From positions 1-36,712 of the IMG/VR virus record IMGVR_UViG_3300020045_001971: a stretch of DNA of 36,712 bases. One strand, given 5' to 3'. Of the stretch, positions 25,176 to 33,584 are shown in pieces. The position numbers and the translations under genes were made by a program. Origin of the DNA: a virus. Lineage: Duplodnaviria > Caudoviricetes. Numbering within the stretch: position 1 is the first letter of the stretch; each line of letters begins with the position of its first letter. The notes under the pieces are model-generated. The model was not told the DNA's origin. It saw only the letters and a program-made list of their open reading frames with translations, and made no database searches.

Positions 25176-25492
25176 ACCCAAATAAAGCAGTCGATTTCAT
25201 CATCGAAAACGCTGCCAAGTTTGCAGGCGCAAAGGCTAACCGCGTATATCTTGAGGAATACCGCAAAAGCAAAAAAGCTCTGTTGATGGCAGAAAGCACC
25301 GCAGAAGCGGCAAACGCTCGGGAGCAATACGCTTATGCTCATCCTGAGTATGTTGCCCTGCTGGGTGGGCTTCGTGAGGCGGTAGAAATAGAGGAAAAAT
25401 TGCGATGGGATTTGATTGCGGCACAAGCCAGGGTCGAAGTTTGGCGCAGTCAAGAAGCAACCAATCGAGCGCAGGACAAGGCGGCACAATGA
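25163..25492 (+). CDS. Conserved helical phage protein (possibly UvsY-like recombination mediator)
   Basis: 109 aa; REQYAYAHPEY..EVWRSQEATNR; function tentative. Confidence 0.65.
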   Translation: MRTIDPNKAVDFIIENAAKFAGAKANRVYLEEYRKSKKALLMAESTAEAANAREQYAYAHPEYVALLGGLREAVEIEEKLRWDLIAAQARVEVWRSQEATNRAQDKAAQ

Positions 25493-26040
25493 AGCGTTGC
25501 AAAGTCTGTGACATTGTTTTCACGCCAGCCCGTCTGCTCCAATCTGTTTGCAGCCCACGATGTGCAAGCAAAAAAGTCAAGGCAGACAAAGCAGCAGAAA
25601 AGCAGCGTGACAAAGAGCGCAAAGAAAAACTCAAAACATTACCGGAACTAAAGCGTGAAGCGCAAACAGTATTTAACCGTTATGTTCGTGAACGTGACAC
25701 TGGCCTACCTTGTATATCTTGTGGCAAGCCTGATGCTGGTGGCGATGGCTTCCATGCTGGTCGTGATGCCGGTCACTTTCGCTCTGTCGGCTCTGCGCCT
25801 AATCTGAGATATGACGAAGACAACGTACACGCACAATGCGTTCACTGCAACCAGTACCTTGCAGGCAACGTTATTGCCTACCGATTGGGACTTATTGAGC
25901 GTATTGGCCTTGAAGCTGTGGAAAGACTGGAACAGGATAACAAGCCTCACAAGTGGACACGCGAAGAGTTAAAGCAGATTAAAGACACCTACACAGCGAA
26001 ACTCAAACAGCTACAACATGAGAAAAAGAACAGTTCGTAA
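25489..26040 (+). CDS. ninG: NinG/Rap recombination endonuclease
   Basis: CKVC..VCSPRCA; CISCG..DAGHFRSVG..LRYDEDNVHAQCVHCN..GN. Confidence 0.93.
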   Translation: MKRCKVCDIVFTPARLLQSVCSPRCASKKVKADKAAEKQRDKERKEKLKTLPELKREAQTVFNRYVRERDTGLPCISCGKPDAGGDGFHAGRDAGHFRSVGSAPNLRYDEDNVHAQCVHCNQYLAGNVIAYRLGLIERIGLEAVERLEQDNKPHKWTREELKQIKDTYTAKLKQLQHEKKNSS

Positions 26041-26506
26041 GGTCTGGCAAAAGGTCAACCCGCTGGAATTTGCAATGGCAGGGGCGTCGATCATGACTCG
26101 GGAAGACTGCGACAAGCTCCTGGCCCGTGAATTGTCTAGCCTGGATGCTCTGATTCATGGGGCTGGCGGTCTGAGTGAGTGGAACGACCTCGTTAACGTC
26201 AACAACCTTGCCGAGGCACTAGCACTAGACGGCGTGGGACGCGATGAGGTTATGCCTACCGTGAAAGAGGTGGAGACTCACTTGATTGAAGCTGCGGAGC
26301 GTTTCCAGCGTACCGGCAAGATGCGCCTTACAGGGCCAGCTATCCAGGCGATGCGGTCGATTATTGAATGGCACGACCTACAACGGTCAAGCATTGCACG
26401 CAGTCAGTATGAGCGGACAATCCGCAAGGTAACGGCGCAAATCAAGTCGGGGCATTGCTCCAAAAACCTCTGGACCGAACTGGGCGAACCAAGGAAAGCA
26501 GCATGA
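26018..26506 (+). CDS. Conserved hypothetical phage protein
   Basis: 162 aa, MRKRTVRK start, HDLQ motif. Confidence 0.75.
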   Translation: MRKRTVRKVWQKVNPLEFAMAGASIMTREDCDKLLARELSSLDALIHGAGGLSEWNDLVNVNNLAEALALDGVGRDEVMPTVKEVETHLIEAAERFQRTGKMRLTGPAIQAMRSIIEWHDLQRSSIARSQYERTIRKVTAQIKSGHCSKNLWTELGEPRKAA

Positions 26507-26751
26507 AAATAAGTGAATGGTTCAAGCTAAAGAAATCGTTTCCAGAAAAACCGCAGCCATGCCCGCATTGCGGGGTAAATTCAGTGCGTGGATGGGTTGA
26601 GAAAACAGGATGGGATGAAAGTTTTTTTATTGAGCATGGTGATCCGTTATGTTTTTTTGGAGACAAGAAAATGGAAGCCTTTCCATTGACTCAGCGAGAA
26701 ATTGATTGTTTTTACTATTGGACTGAACAAGATAAGATGGGCGCAAAATGA
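26503..26751 (+). CDS. AT-rich hypothetical protein with CPHCG
   Basis: 82 aa from ATG 26503, ATGA overlaps both sides. Confidence 0.6.
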   Translation: MKISEWFKLKKSFPEKPQPCPHCGVNSVRGWVEKTGWDESFFIEHGDPLCFFGDKKMEAFPLTQREIDCFYYWTEQDKMGAK

Positions 26752-26957
26752 AAGCACAAGGCACCGAGGGTAGATTGCAAGAAATGATCTACCTTAGACA
26801 GCAGGCCGGGATCAAAAAGTACGGCACCACGCTATCAGGAAATCCGCTTTCACACCGCCAATGGCTGGTACACGCCTTGGAGGAAAGCCTAGACCTGAGC
26901 GCATACTTGCTCAGGACGATTGAAGAACTCGACAAGCTGGCCGACGATGGTAAGTGA
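26748..26957 (+). CDS. Conserved small phage protein (GxxKYGTTL..EExLD, possibly MazG-fold)
   Basis: GIKKYGTTL..WLVHALEESLDLSAYL. Confidence 0.7.
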   Translation: MKAQGTEGRLQEMIYLRQQAGIKKYGTTLSGNPLSHRQWLVHALEESLDLSAYLLRTIEELDKLADDGK

Positions 26958-27198
26958 CTGCGAAGCCTGCCAACGCGTCCAGAGCGGCCTTACAGGGCTT
27001 TTCTACTCCGACTGTACCGAGTGCAAGGCCAGGATGCTTGCGCAGTCCCTGCCGTTCTGGAGCGCATCAAAGCAGGGGAAAATGACGCCAGAGTACAGGA
27101 AGGCATTAGAGACAGCATTTGGGGATGGGTGGAAGGCTGGGCATGAGCTGGTGAAGGCTGTAAGGGTTTCCACTAATAGCCAACAGGCCGACGTTTAG
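26947..27198 (+). CDS. Small Zn-finger protein
   Basis: CEAC and CTEC pairs; 83 aa. Confidence 0.6.
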   Translation: MVSDCEACQRVQSGLTGLFYSDCTECKARMLAQSLPFWSASKQGKMTPEYRKALETAFGDGWKAGHELVKAVRVSTNSQQADV

Positions 27199-27205
27199 CG
27201 AAAAT
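27160..27205 (+). promoter_or_regulatory. Promoter with conserved upstream box (copy 4)
   Basis: GTAAGGGTTTCCACTAATAG; GAAAAT at 27200. Confidence 0.55.
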
Positions 27206-27234
27206 TAGCCAACAGCAATAAATCGGAGCAAAAC

Positions 27235-27339
27235 ATGTGGCCCTTCCCCCCAATCACAGGCCCAGTACCTTGGACTAAAAAGCAAATCCAAGAGTACGAA
27301 CGCCAGCAAAGAGAACAACATGGACAAGCGCCATTTTGA
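27235..27339 (+). CDS. 34-aa micro-protein (MWPFP..APF)
   Basis: GGAG RBS; MWPFPPITGPVPWTKKQIQEYERQQREQHGQAPF. Confidence 0.7.
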   Translation: MWPFPPITGPVPWTKKQIQEYERQQREQHGQAPF

Positions 27340-27351
27340 TAAAATAGAACA

Positions 27352-27440
27352 AGCCGCATAGCCGTCCTCCAGTACGGCGTTGTCAGAGTGCCCCGCTCTG
27401 TAGTGCGGTAAGGGGTGACAGGCCGGAACTAGACGGCCAC
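27352..27440 (+). ncRNA. Candidate small structured RNA with pseudoknot
   Basis: Extended -10 TGATAAAAT at 27337-27345; four stems; loop GCCCC complementary to GGGGT. Confidence 0.5.
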
Positions 27441-27441
27441 T

Positions 27442-27470
27442 TTCCACAAAAGCAACTCCCATGCCATAAT
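27442..27470 (+). promoter_or_regulatory. Candidate late promoter upstream of terS
   Basis: TTCCAC, 17 nt, CATAAT with TGn extension. Confidence 0.45.
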
Positions 27471-27503
27471 TGCCATGTATCAGCTAACCTGATGGGTAAT
27501 TGC

Positions 27504-27836
27504 ATGGGTGACGATAAAAAAACGATTCGAAAACGTCCTTTGGCTGGAGCTGCCGCAATGGGGGCAGGCCCAGGAAGGCCCAAGGGAGTGCCTAATAAGG
27601 CCACCACGACGTTTCGTGAGACAGTGACTAAGCTACTAGAGGGCAACGCTGAAAACGTCGCCTTGTGGCTGGATCAAGTCGCAACCGGATCGCACGGTAA
27701 AGATCCTGCACCAGAGAAAGCCCTTGACCTGTTGGCAAAGCTGGCCGAGTACGCCGCGCCTAAGTTGAGCCGCACTGAGGTAACAGGCCAAGACGGCGGC
27801 CCGGTAAAGACTGTCATTCAGTGGCAGTCCGAGTAA
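27504..27836 (+). CDS. terS: Terminase small subunit (start 27492 or 27504)
   Basis: GPGRPKGVPNK, PKLSRTEVTGQDGGPV; directly upstream of terL. Confidence 0.8.
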   Translation: MGDDKKTIRKRPLAGAAAMGAGPGRPKGVPNKATTTFRETVTKLLEGNAENVALWLDQVATGSHGKDPAPEKALDLLAKLAEYAAPKLSRTEVTGQDGGPVKTVIQWQSE

Positions 27837-29164
27837 TTACCATCCCCTATAGCCCTAGACGGGCATTCAAGGCGTTTCACAACAGACGCCAGCGTTGGGC
27901 TTGTCTGGTTGCTCACCGACGCGCAGGGAAGACAGTCGCCTGTATCAATGACCTCATCAAGCGGGCATTGACTGAGGGCAAGGAAAACGGGCGATATGCT
28001 TACATCGCCCCATACTACTCCCAAGCCAAGTCCATCGCCTGGGATTACCTGCTGCGCTTTTCCGCCGAGGTTCGCACGAATGCCAATGCCTCGGAGTTGT
28101 GGGTAGAGCTACTGAATGGGGCGCGTATCCGTCTGTTTGGCGCGGACAACCCAGATGCGCTGCGGGGCTTGTACTTGGACGGCGTGATTCTTGATGAGTA
28201 CGCCGACATGAAGCCTCGCATCTGGGGTGAGATCATTCGTCCTCTGCTGGCAGACCGTGAGGGATGGGCCGTCTTCATTGGGACGCCAAAGGGGCATAAC
28301 AGCTTCTACGATATCTGGCGCACGGCAAACCACAGCGAATCATGGTTTGCGACCAGCATCAAGGCCAGCACATCGGGACTTTTGCCTCTGTCGGAGTTAG
28401 AAGACGCCAAGCGTGGTATGACGCCTGACCAGTACGAACAGGAGTTTGAATGCTCGTTTGAGGCGGCTATTCTGGGTGCGTATTACGGCCAGGAGATGCG
28501 AACAGCAGAGGAAAGCGGCAGGGTTTGCTCTGTGCCCTACGACCCAGCCATGCCTGTTTACACGGCCTGGGACTTGGGTTTCCACGACGACACGGCCATC
28601 TGGTTCTATCAAGTCACGCACGGTGAGATCCATTGCATTGACTTCTACAGCGCGTCGGGCTTGTCCATCCCTGACTACGCAGAGGCTGTAATCGAGCGGG
28701 GCTATAAGTACGCCAAGCACTGGTTGCCGCACGACGCCAGAGCAAAGACGCTTGCCTCTGGTGGCCGGTCAATCATTGAACAGTTGGCATCTCATGTGGG
28801 CGGGATAGCCAAATTGGCAATTGTGCCTAGTCTGTCGGTGCAAGACGGCATCCAAGCTGCCCGCGTAATGCTTCCCCATGTCTGGTTTGACCGTGACAAG
28901 TGCGGCGAAGCGGTGGAATTGCTCAAGCAATATCAGCGGGAATGGGACGACGATAAGAAGGCATTCCGCGAGAAACCAAGGCATGATTTCACCAGCCACT
29001 GCGCCGATGCGTTTCGAATGCTGGCGTTAAGTTGGCGAGAAACAGTGCCAAAAGAGCCGGAAAAACCAAAAGTTTTCCCTGTTTCGGGACAAAACGGTAG
29101 AATAGTTACAGTGCCCATATCAGACTTGTGGGCAGAAACGACCAAGCGGCATGAGAGGTTCTAA
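27821..29164 (+). CDS. terL: Terminase large subunit
   Basis: Walker A HRRAGKT, Walker B GVILDEY, FIGTPKG, nuclease WDLG..DDTAIW, SHCADAFR. Confidence 0.96.
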   Translation: MAVRVITIPYSPRRAFKAFHNRRQRWACLVAHRRAGKTVACINDLIKRALTEGKENGRYAYIAPYYSQAKSIAWDYLLRFSAEVRTNANASELWVELLNGARIRLFGADNPDALRGLYLDGVILDEYADMKPRIWGEIIRPLLADREGWAVFIGTPKGHNSFYDIWRTANHSESWFATSIKASTSGLLPLSELEDAKRGMTPDQYEQEFECSFEAAILGAYYGQEMRTAEESGRVCSVPYDPAMPVYTAWDLGFHDDTAIWFYQVTHGEIHCIDFYSASGLSIPDYAEAVIERGYKYAKHWLPHDARAKTLASGGRSIIEQLASHVGGIAKLAIVPSLSVQDGIQAARVMLPHVWFDRDKCGEAVELLKQYQREWDDDKKAFREKPRHDFTSHCADAFRMLALSWRETVPKEPEKPKVFPVSGQNGRIVTVPISDLWAETTKRHERF

Positions 29165-30192
29165 TGGCACTGTTCCCTGTTTCTAGCAACGTTGTCCAGA
29201 TACAGACAGCCACTCCAACATCGTCGGATCAATTCTCTAACGGTGTTCGTCTCAAATCTGACGCGAGTGCTGTCTTTGTTGCTACGAGCGGCGGGGGTCA
29301 GATAAGCAATGGGATGCTGCTTGATGCCAATGGAGCCGTGATCTGTGTGGACGCGACCTCTGGCCTTCCTGCTGGCGTGCAGTATGTGAACGGCTTGCCT
29401 ATTAACTCTGATGGAGCTTTGTGCGTTTCGTCCAATGCTGTTGATGAATGGATAAACGGGCTTCCGTTTGATGCAAATGGCGCGCTCGCAACAAGCGGAC
29501 TCGGCGCAACTGATCCTAACTACGCAAGTGTTTCTTTGCTGCTGCATTTTGACGGCACAAACGGCAGCACGACATTTACGGATAACAGCCCATCTCCCAA
29601 GACGCCGACTGCTGCTGGCAATGCTCAAATAAGCACATCGCAATCTAAATTTGGTGGCGCATCGTGCATCTTTGATCGTTCTGGAGATGCTGTAGTTATT
29701 GCCGATCAAACCAGTATGCGCTTGGGGTCTGGAGATTGGACAATTGAATGCTTTATTCGCCCAACTGTGATTGACGGGACAGAGCAAACAATTGCCATGA
29801 AAGGCAATAATATTGACACGGCTGCAAACTATGAATTCAGATGGATTACGCGTTCTACTGGCACACTTTTACAAGTAAGTAATGGAACCTCTGTTACCTC
29901 GCTGCTTGGGGCAACAAGTGTGCCTGTAGCAAATACGTGGACGCACGTGGCTGCTGTGCGCACTGGCAATGTGCTTAAGCTATTTATCAATGGCACTCAA
30001 TCGGGAAGTGACACAGCGTTTACGGGTTCAGTTAATGAGAACACTGGAAGTTTCTATATAGGCGCAAGAAACACTGTCGGCACACTATCTGAGGTATTTA
30101 GTGGGCATATTGATGAATTTCGATTCACAAAAGGTGTTGCTCGATATACAGCAAACTTTACCGTTCCGACTGAAGCATTCCCAAATAGCTAA
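29164..30192 (+). CDS. LamG / concanavalin A-like domain virion protein
   Basis: VSLLLHFDG, DWTIECF, WTHVAAVR, GHIDEFRFTKGVARY; N-terminal NGLP..GAL repeats. Confidence 0.85.
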   Translation: MALFPVSSNVVQIQTATPTSSDQFSNGVRLKSDASAVFVATSGGGQISNGMLLDANGAVICVDATSGLPAGVQYVNGLPINSDGALCVSSNAVDEWINGLPFDANGALATSGLGATDPNYASVSLLLHFDGTNGSTTFTDNSPSPKTPTAAGNAQISTSQSKFGGASCIFDRSGDAVVIADQTSMRLGSGDWTIECFIRPTVIDGTEQTIAMKGNNIDTAANYEFRWITRSTGTLLQVSNGTSVTSLLGATSVPVANTWTHVAAVRTGNVLKLFINGTQSGSDTAFTGSVNENTGSFYIGARNTVGTLSEVFSGHIDEFRFTKGVARYTANFTVPTEAFPNS

Positions 30193-30209
30193 CCAGATAA
30201 AAGTACGCC

Positions 30210-32429
30210 ATGAAAGTAGAAAGCATTAACCCGGTTGACGGTGCCCGTAAGTGGCTGGCTGAACTGAAGTTTGCTAAGCGCGAGGATGAGAAGTGGATTA
30301 AGCGGTCCAAAAAGATCATCAAGCGCTATCGGGATGAGCGGACAGGTTACAGCGACAACGCCAAGCGGTTTAACATCCTGTGGGCCAACGTTCAGACGTT
30401 GATGCCTGCAATCTACGGCAAGACCCCTCGCGCAGAGGTTGAGCGCCGTTACAAAGATCAAGACCCTATCGGTCGGACAGCCAGCATCATTCTGCAACGC
30501 TGCCTGCAATACGAAATCGACCATTACGGCGACTACGATGCCTCGATGAAGCAGGCGGTGACTGACCGTCTGTTGCCTGGGCGTGGTGTTGTCTGGGTGC
30601 GGTTTGAGACAAAAGAGCAGGCTATTCCTGATTCGATTGAAGATCAGCAGGAGATGGAAGCTGAGGCGCAAGGTCTGCCAGAGCCGGAAGACTACGAATA
30701 CGAATGCACCCCGGTGGATTACGTGTTTTTCGAAGACTTCCGCTGTTCGCCTGCCCGCTGCTGGGATGAGGTCACTTGGGTGGCCCGCCGGGTTTACATG
30801 TCCCGCAAGGACGGTATTGAGCGGTTCGGGGAAGACTTTAAAGACGTTCCCCTCACCCATGAGCCTATCGGCCTGGACGAACTCAAGAACCAAGCCGGTG
30901 AAATTTCCGACATTGAAGATCTGAAAAAGGCTCAGATTTGGGAGATTTGGGACAAGACCAGCAAGACGGTCTATTGGGTGGCTGAGGGCTACTCCAAGAC
31001 GCTGGACATCAAGGAAGACCCGCTGGGTCTGGACCAGTTCTGGCCCTGCCCGCGTCCTCTGTTTGCTACGCAGACGACCGATACCCTGGTTCCAGTGCCT
31101 GACTTCGCCCTGTATCAAGATCAGGCCGACGAAATCGACATGCTGACCCAGCGTATCGCCATGCTGACCGAGGCGGTCAAGGTGGTGGGTGTGTACGACG
31201 CCAGCCAGCCAGCGGTACAGCGGATGCTTGCCGAGGGCGTGAACAACACCCTGATTGCGGTTGATACCTGGGCAGCGTTTGCGGAAAAGGGTGGTTTGAA
31301 GGGTACTGTTGACTTCATGCCTATCGAGGCGGTGTTGCAAGCCCTTGCGCAGTGCTACGCCAGCCGGGAGCAGGCTAAACAGGTGGTCTACGAGATCACG
31401 GGCCTGTCAGACATCATCCGTGGTGCGTCCGTCGCCTCGGAGACTGCGACTGCCCAGCAGATCAAGAGCCAGTATGCCTCCCTTCGCTTGAAGAAGCTGC
31501 AAACCGAGATGGCGCAGTTTGCTTCTGAGGCTCTGCGGATCAAAGCCCAGATCATGGCTGACTTCTACTCACCTCAGACGCTGGTGGAGATGTCGGGCAT
31601 CATGGGCACGCAAGACGCTCAATACGCAGAGCAGGCCATCCAGCTACTTAAGAGCGAACCGGCCCGTAACTTCCGTGTTGAGGTTGCGACCGATTCGCTG
31701 GTTGAGATGGATGAGCAGGCCGAAAAAGCCTCGCGCACTGAGTTTCTGGGGGCTATTGGTCAGTTTATGGAACGTGCCCTGCCTGTTGCTCAGCAAGTGC
31801 CCGAGATGGCTCCGCTGATGGGCGAAATGATCTTGTTTGCAGTGCGTGCATTCAAGGGCGGCCGGGCGATGGAAGCGGCGTTTGATGACGCTGTGGCGAA
31901 GATGAACGCTCCCAAGCCCCCGCAAGAGCAGCAGCCAGACCCAGCGATGATGCAACTGCAAGCTCAGCAGCAAGCTGAACAGGCCAAGATGCAGGCCATG
32001 CAACAGTCTGAGCAAATGAAAGCCCAGATCGAGCAAGCCAAGATGCAAGGCAATCAGCAGTTGGAAGCGGCAAAACTCCAATCTCAACAGCAGATTGAAG
32101 CGGCACGCATGGAGCATGAGCGGCAAATGGAAGCCATGCGCCAAGAGGCAGAAACCGACCGGCAGATGAAAAAGGCTGAGTTGGAAGCCTCGGTGAAAAT
32201 TCTGGTTGCCCAGATCGGCGCACAGCAAGCTATCGCACCAGCTACTGAACAAGCGGCCAATCAGGAAGTGCAGCAGATTGACCCGCTCTCGCCTATGGTT
32301 CAAATGCACGCTGACATGATGCAGTCCATGCAAGGGGTTATGGAAGCCCTGAAAGCTCCGAAACGCCGCATGATTGAGCGCGGGCCGGATGGTCGGGCGT
32401 TGGGCATGATTGAAGTGAGCGAGGGCTAA
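30210..32429 (+). CDS. Portal protein (P22-like length, Q-rich coiled-coil C-terminus)
   Basis: 739 aa; FNILWANV, GRGVVWV, ETATAQQIK; synteny after terL. Confidence 0.9.
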   Translation: MKVESINPVDGARKWLAELKFAKREDEKWIKRSKKIIKRYRDERTGYSDNAKRFNILWANVQTLMPAIYGKTPRAEVERRYKDQDPIGRTASIILQRCLQYEIDHYGDYDASMKQAVTDRLLPGRGVVWVRFETKEQAIPDSIEDQQEMEAEAQGLPEPEDYEYECTPVDYVFFEDFRCSPARCWDEVTWVARRVYMSRKDGIERFGEDFKDVPLTHEPIGLDELKNQAGEISDIEDLKKAQIWEIWDKTSKTVYWVAEGYSKTLDIKEDPLGLDQFWPCPRPLFATQTTDTLVPVPDFALYQDQADEIDMLTQRIAMLTEAVKVVGVYDASQPAVQRMLAEGVNNTLIAVDTWAAFAEKGGLKGTVDFMPIEAVLQALAQCYASREQAKQVVYEITGLSDIIRGASVASETATAQQIKSQYASLRLKKLQTEMAQFASEALRIKAQIMADFYSPQTLVEMSGIMGTQDAQYAEQAIQLLKSEPARNFRVEVATDSLVEMDEQAEKASRTEFLGAIGQFMERALPVAQQVPEMAPLMGEMILFAVRAFKGGRAMEAAFDDAVAKMNAPKPPQEQQPDPAMMQLQAQQQAEQAKMQAMQQSEQMKAQIEQAKMQGNQQLEAAKLQSQQQIEAARMEHERQMEAMRQEAETDRQMKKAELEASVKILVAQIGAQQAIAPATEQAANQEVQQIDPLSPMVQMHADMMQSMQGVMEALKAPKRRMIERGPDGRALGMIEVSEG

Positions 32430-32603
32430 ATGGCTGAATTACAAGGTCAAGTTGGCGAGATTCGCATGACGCTTGAGATCAAGCGCAAAGAAACGGGCAA
32501 AGTCGAAACCGTTGAATTGGTGGGCTTTGTGGATGAAGACAAACTGAAGGAATTGCAAGATGGCGGTCACTCATTCGACAGCAGCACGCAACGCGGCGAC
32601 TGA
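32430..32603 (+). CDS. 57-aa hypothetical protein
   Basis: MAELQGQVGEIRMTLEIKRKETGKVETVELVG; GAGG RBS; not in the ORF track. Confidence 0.65.
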   Translation: MAELQGQVGEIRMTLEIKRKETGKVETVELVGFVDEDKLKELQDGGHSFDSSTQRGD

Positions 32604-32949
32604 CGCGGTTACGGCACTCATTGGCGCATCTGGTCGCCTGCGGTTCCGCTTGACGGGCACGGTCAGCGCACCCGGCACATCGGTGGCAAACCTTGGCTTG
32701 AGTGCCACGGCATTTGGTGCATCCAGTGGCGGCACGGCTACTGCAAACGCAATCACCAGCGACACCAACGCAGCGGGTAACGCCTCGCCTGTTGCGACTG
32801 CCACGCTTGAGACTTCGGGCGGCACGGTGGTGATCCACTGCGCGGTGGCGGCATCGGCAAGCGACATCAACATGACCAACGGCTTGACTGTGGCGGCGGG
32901 CGATACCGTGTCTTGCTCCAGCCTGACATACACGGCGCTGTCAGCATGA
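32560..32949 (+). CDS. Putative virion structural protein (head fibre/spike base)
   Basis: 129 aa, A/T/S/G-rich, AAGGA RBS. Confidence 0.65.
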   Translation: MAVTHSTAARNAATDAVTALIGASGRLRFRLTGTVSAPGTSVANLGLSATAFGASSGGTATANAITSDTNAAGNASPVATATLETSGGTVVIHCAVAASASDINMTNGLTVAAGDTVSCSSLTYTALSA

Positions 32950-33581
32950 GTCTTGCCAACGACTCAATTCTGGTCACTCCAGGCAGTGGCGCTACGGTTG
33001 CGACGGAGCTTGTCAGCGGCAAAGAGCATCAGGTCGTGATGATTGCCGACAAGTCTGGCAACCTTCTCAACAGCAAAGACACCTACATCGTCTACACCGG
33101 CAACACGGCCCACGTTGCAGCCGCCCGCACCACACTGTTCGACATCTTCAATGCCTCAGGCTCGGGCAAGATCATGCGTGTTACCGGGGTCTACATCATC
33201 CCGGCGCTGGTGGCTGTGACGGGTGTTGGTCAGACGTATGAGGTGATTCGCACATCTGCCGTGGGGACGGGTGGCACAGCAAGAACACCAAGTGGTTTTG
33301 ACTCTGCGAACCCCGCCGTTCCTGCTCAGGTCACAGCCCGAACCAAGCCCACGGGCGGCGCAACCACATCGGCCACCCTGCAACTCATCAACGGCTCATC
33401 CGAGGAAACCAGCCCCTATGCGGCACTGGCCTCGACCCTGAACCATGTTCCGATGGGAGGCACTCTTTCTCCTGGAGAGGTCGGCTGGGTCGTCCGTGAG
33501 GGTGAGGGGCTGAAAATTGACCAGACCACGAGTAGCGCGGTCGGTAACGTAAACATTCAAATCGTCTTCACGCTGGAGTAA
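32946..33581 (+). CDS. Putative virion structural protein
   Basis: 211 aa from ATG 32946; VTPGSGATVAT; beta-rich. Confidence 0.65.
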   Translation: MSLANDSILVTPGSGATVATELVSGKEHQVVMIADKSGNLLNSKDTYIVYTGNTAHVAAARTTLFDIFNASGSGKIMRVTGVYIIPALVAVTGVGQTYEVIRTSAVGTGGTARTPSGFDSANPAVPAQVTARTKPTGGATTSATLQLINGSSEETSPYAALASTLNHVPMGGTLSPGEVGWVVREGEGLKIDQTTSSAVGNVNIQIVFTLE

Positions 33582-33584
33582 TCC

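Noticed and set aside
27352-27440. tRNA gene
   Set aside because: No TTC T-loop, no 7-nt anticodon loop, no acceptor stem with CCA
30189-32333. Long minus-strand ORFs (383 aa, 229 aa)
   Set aside because: Antisense shadows of the portal gene caused by codon bias
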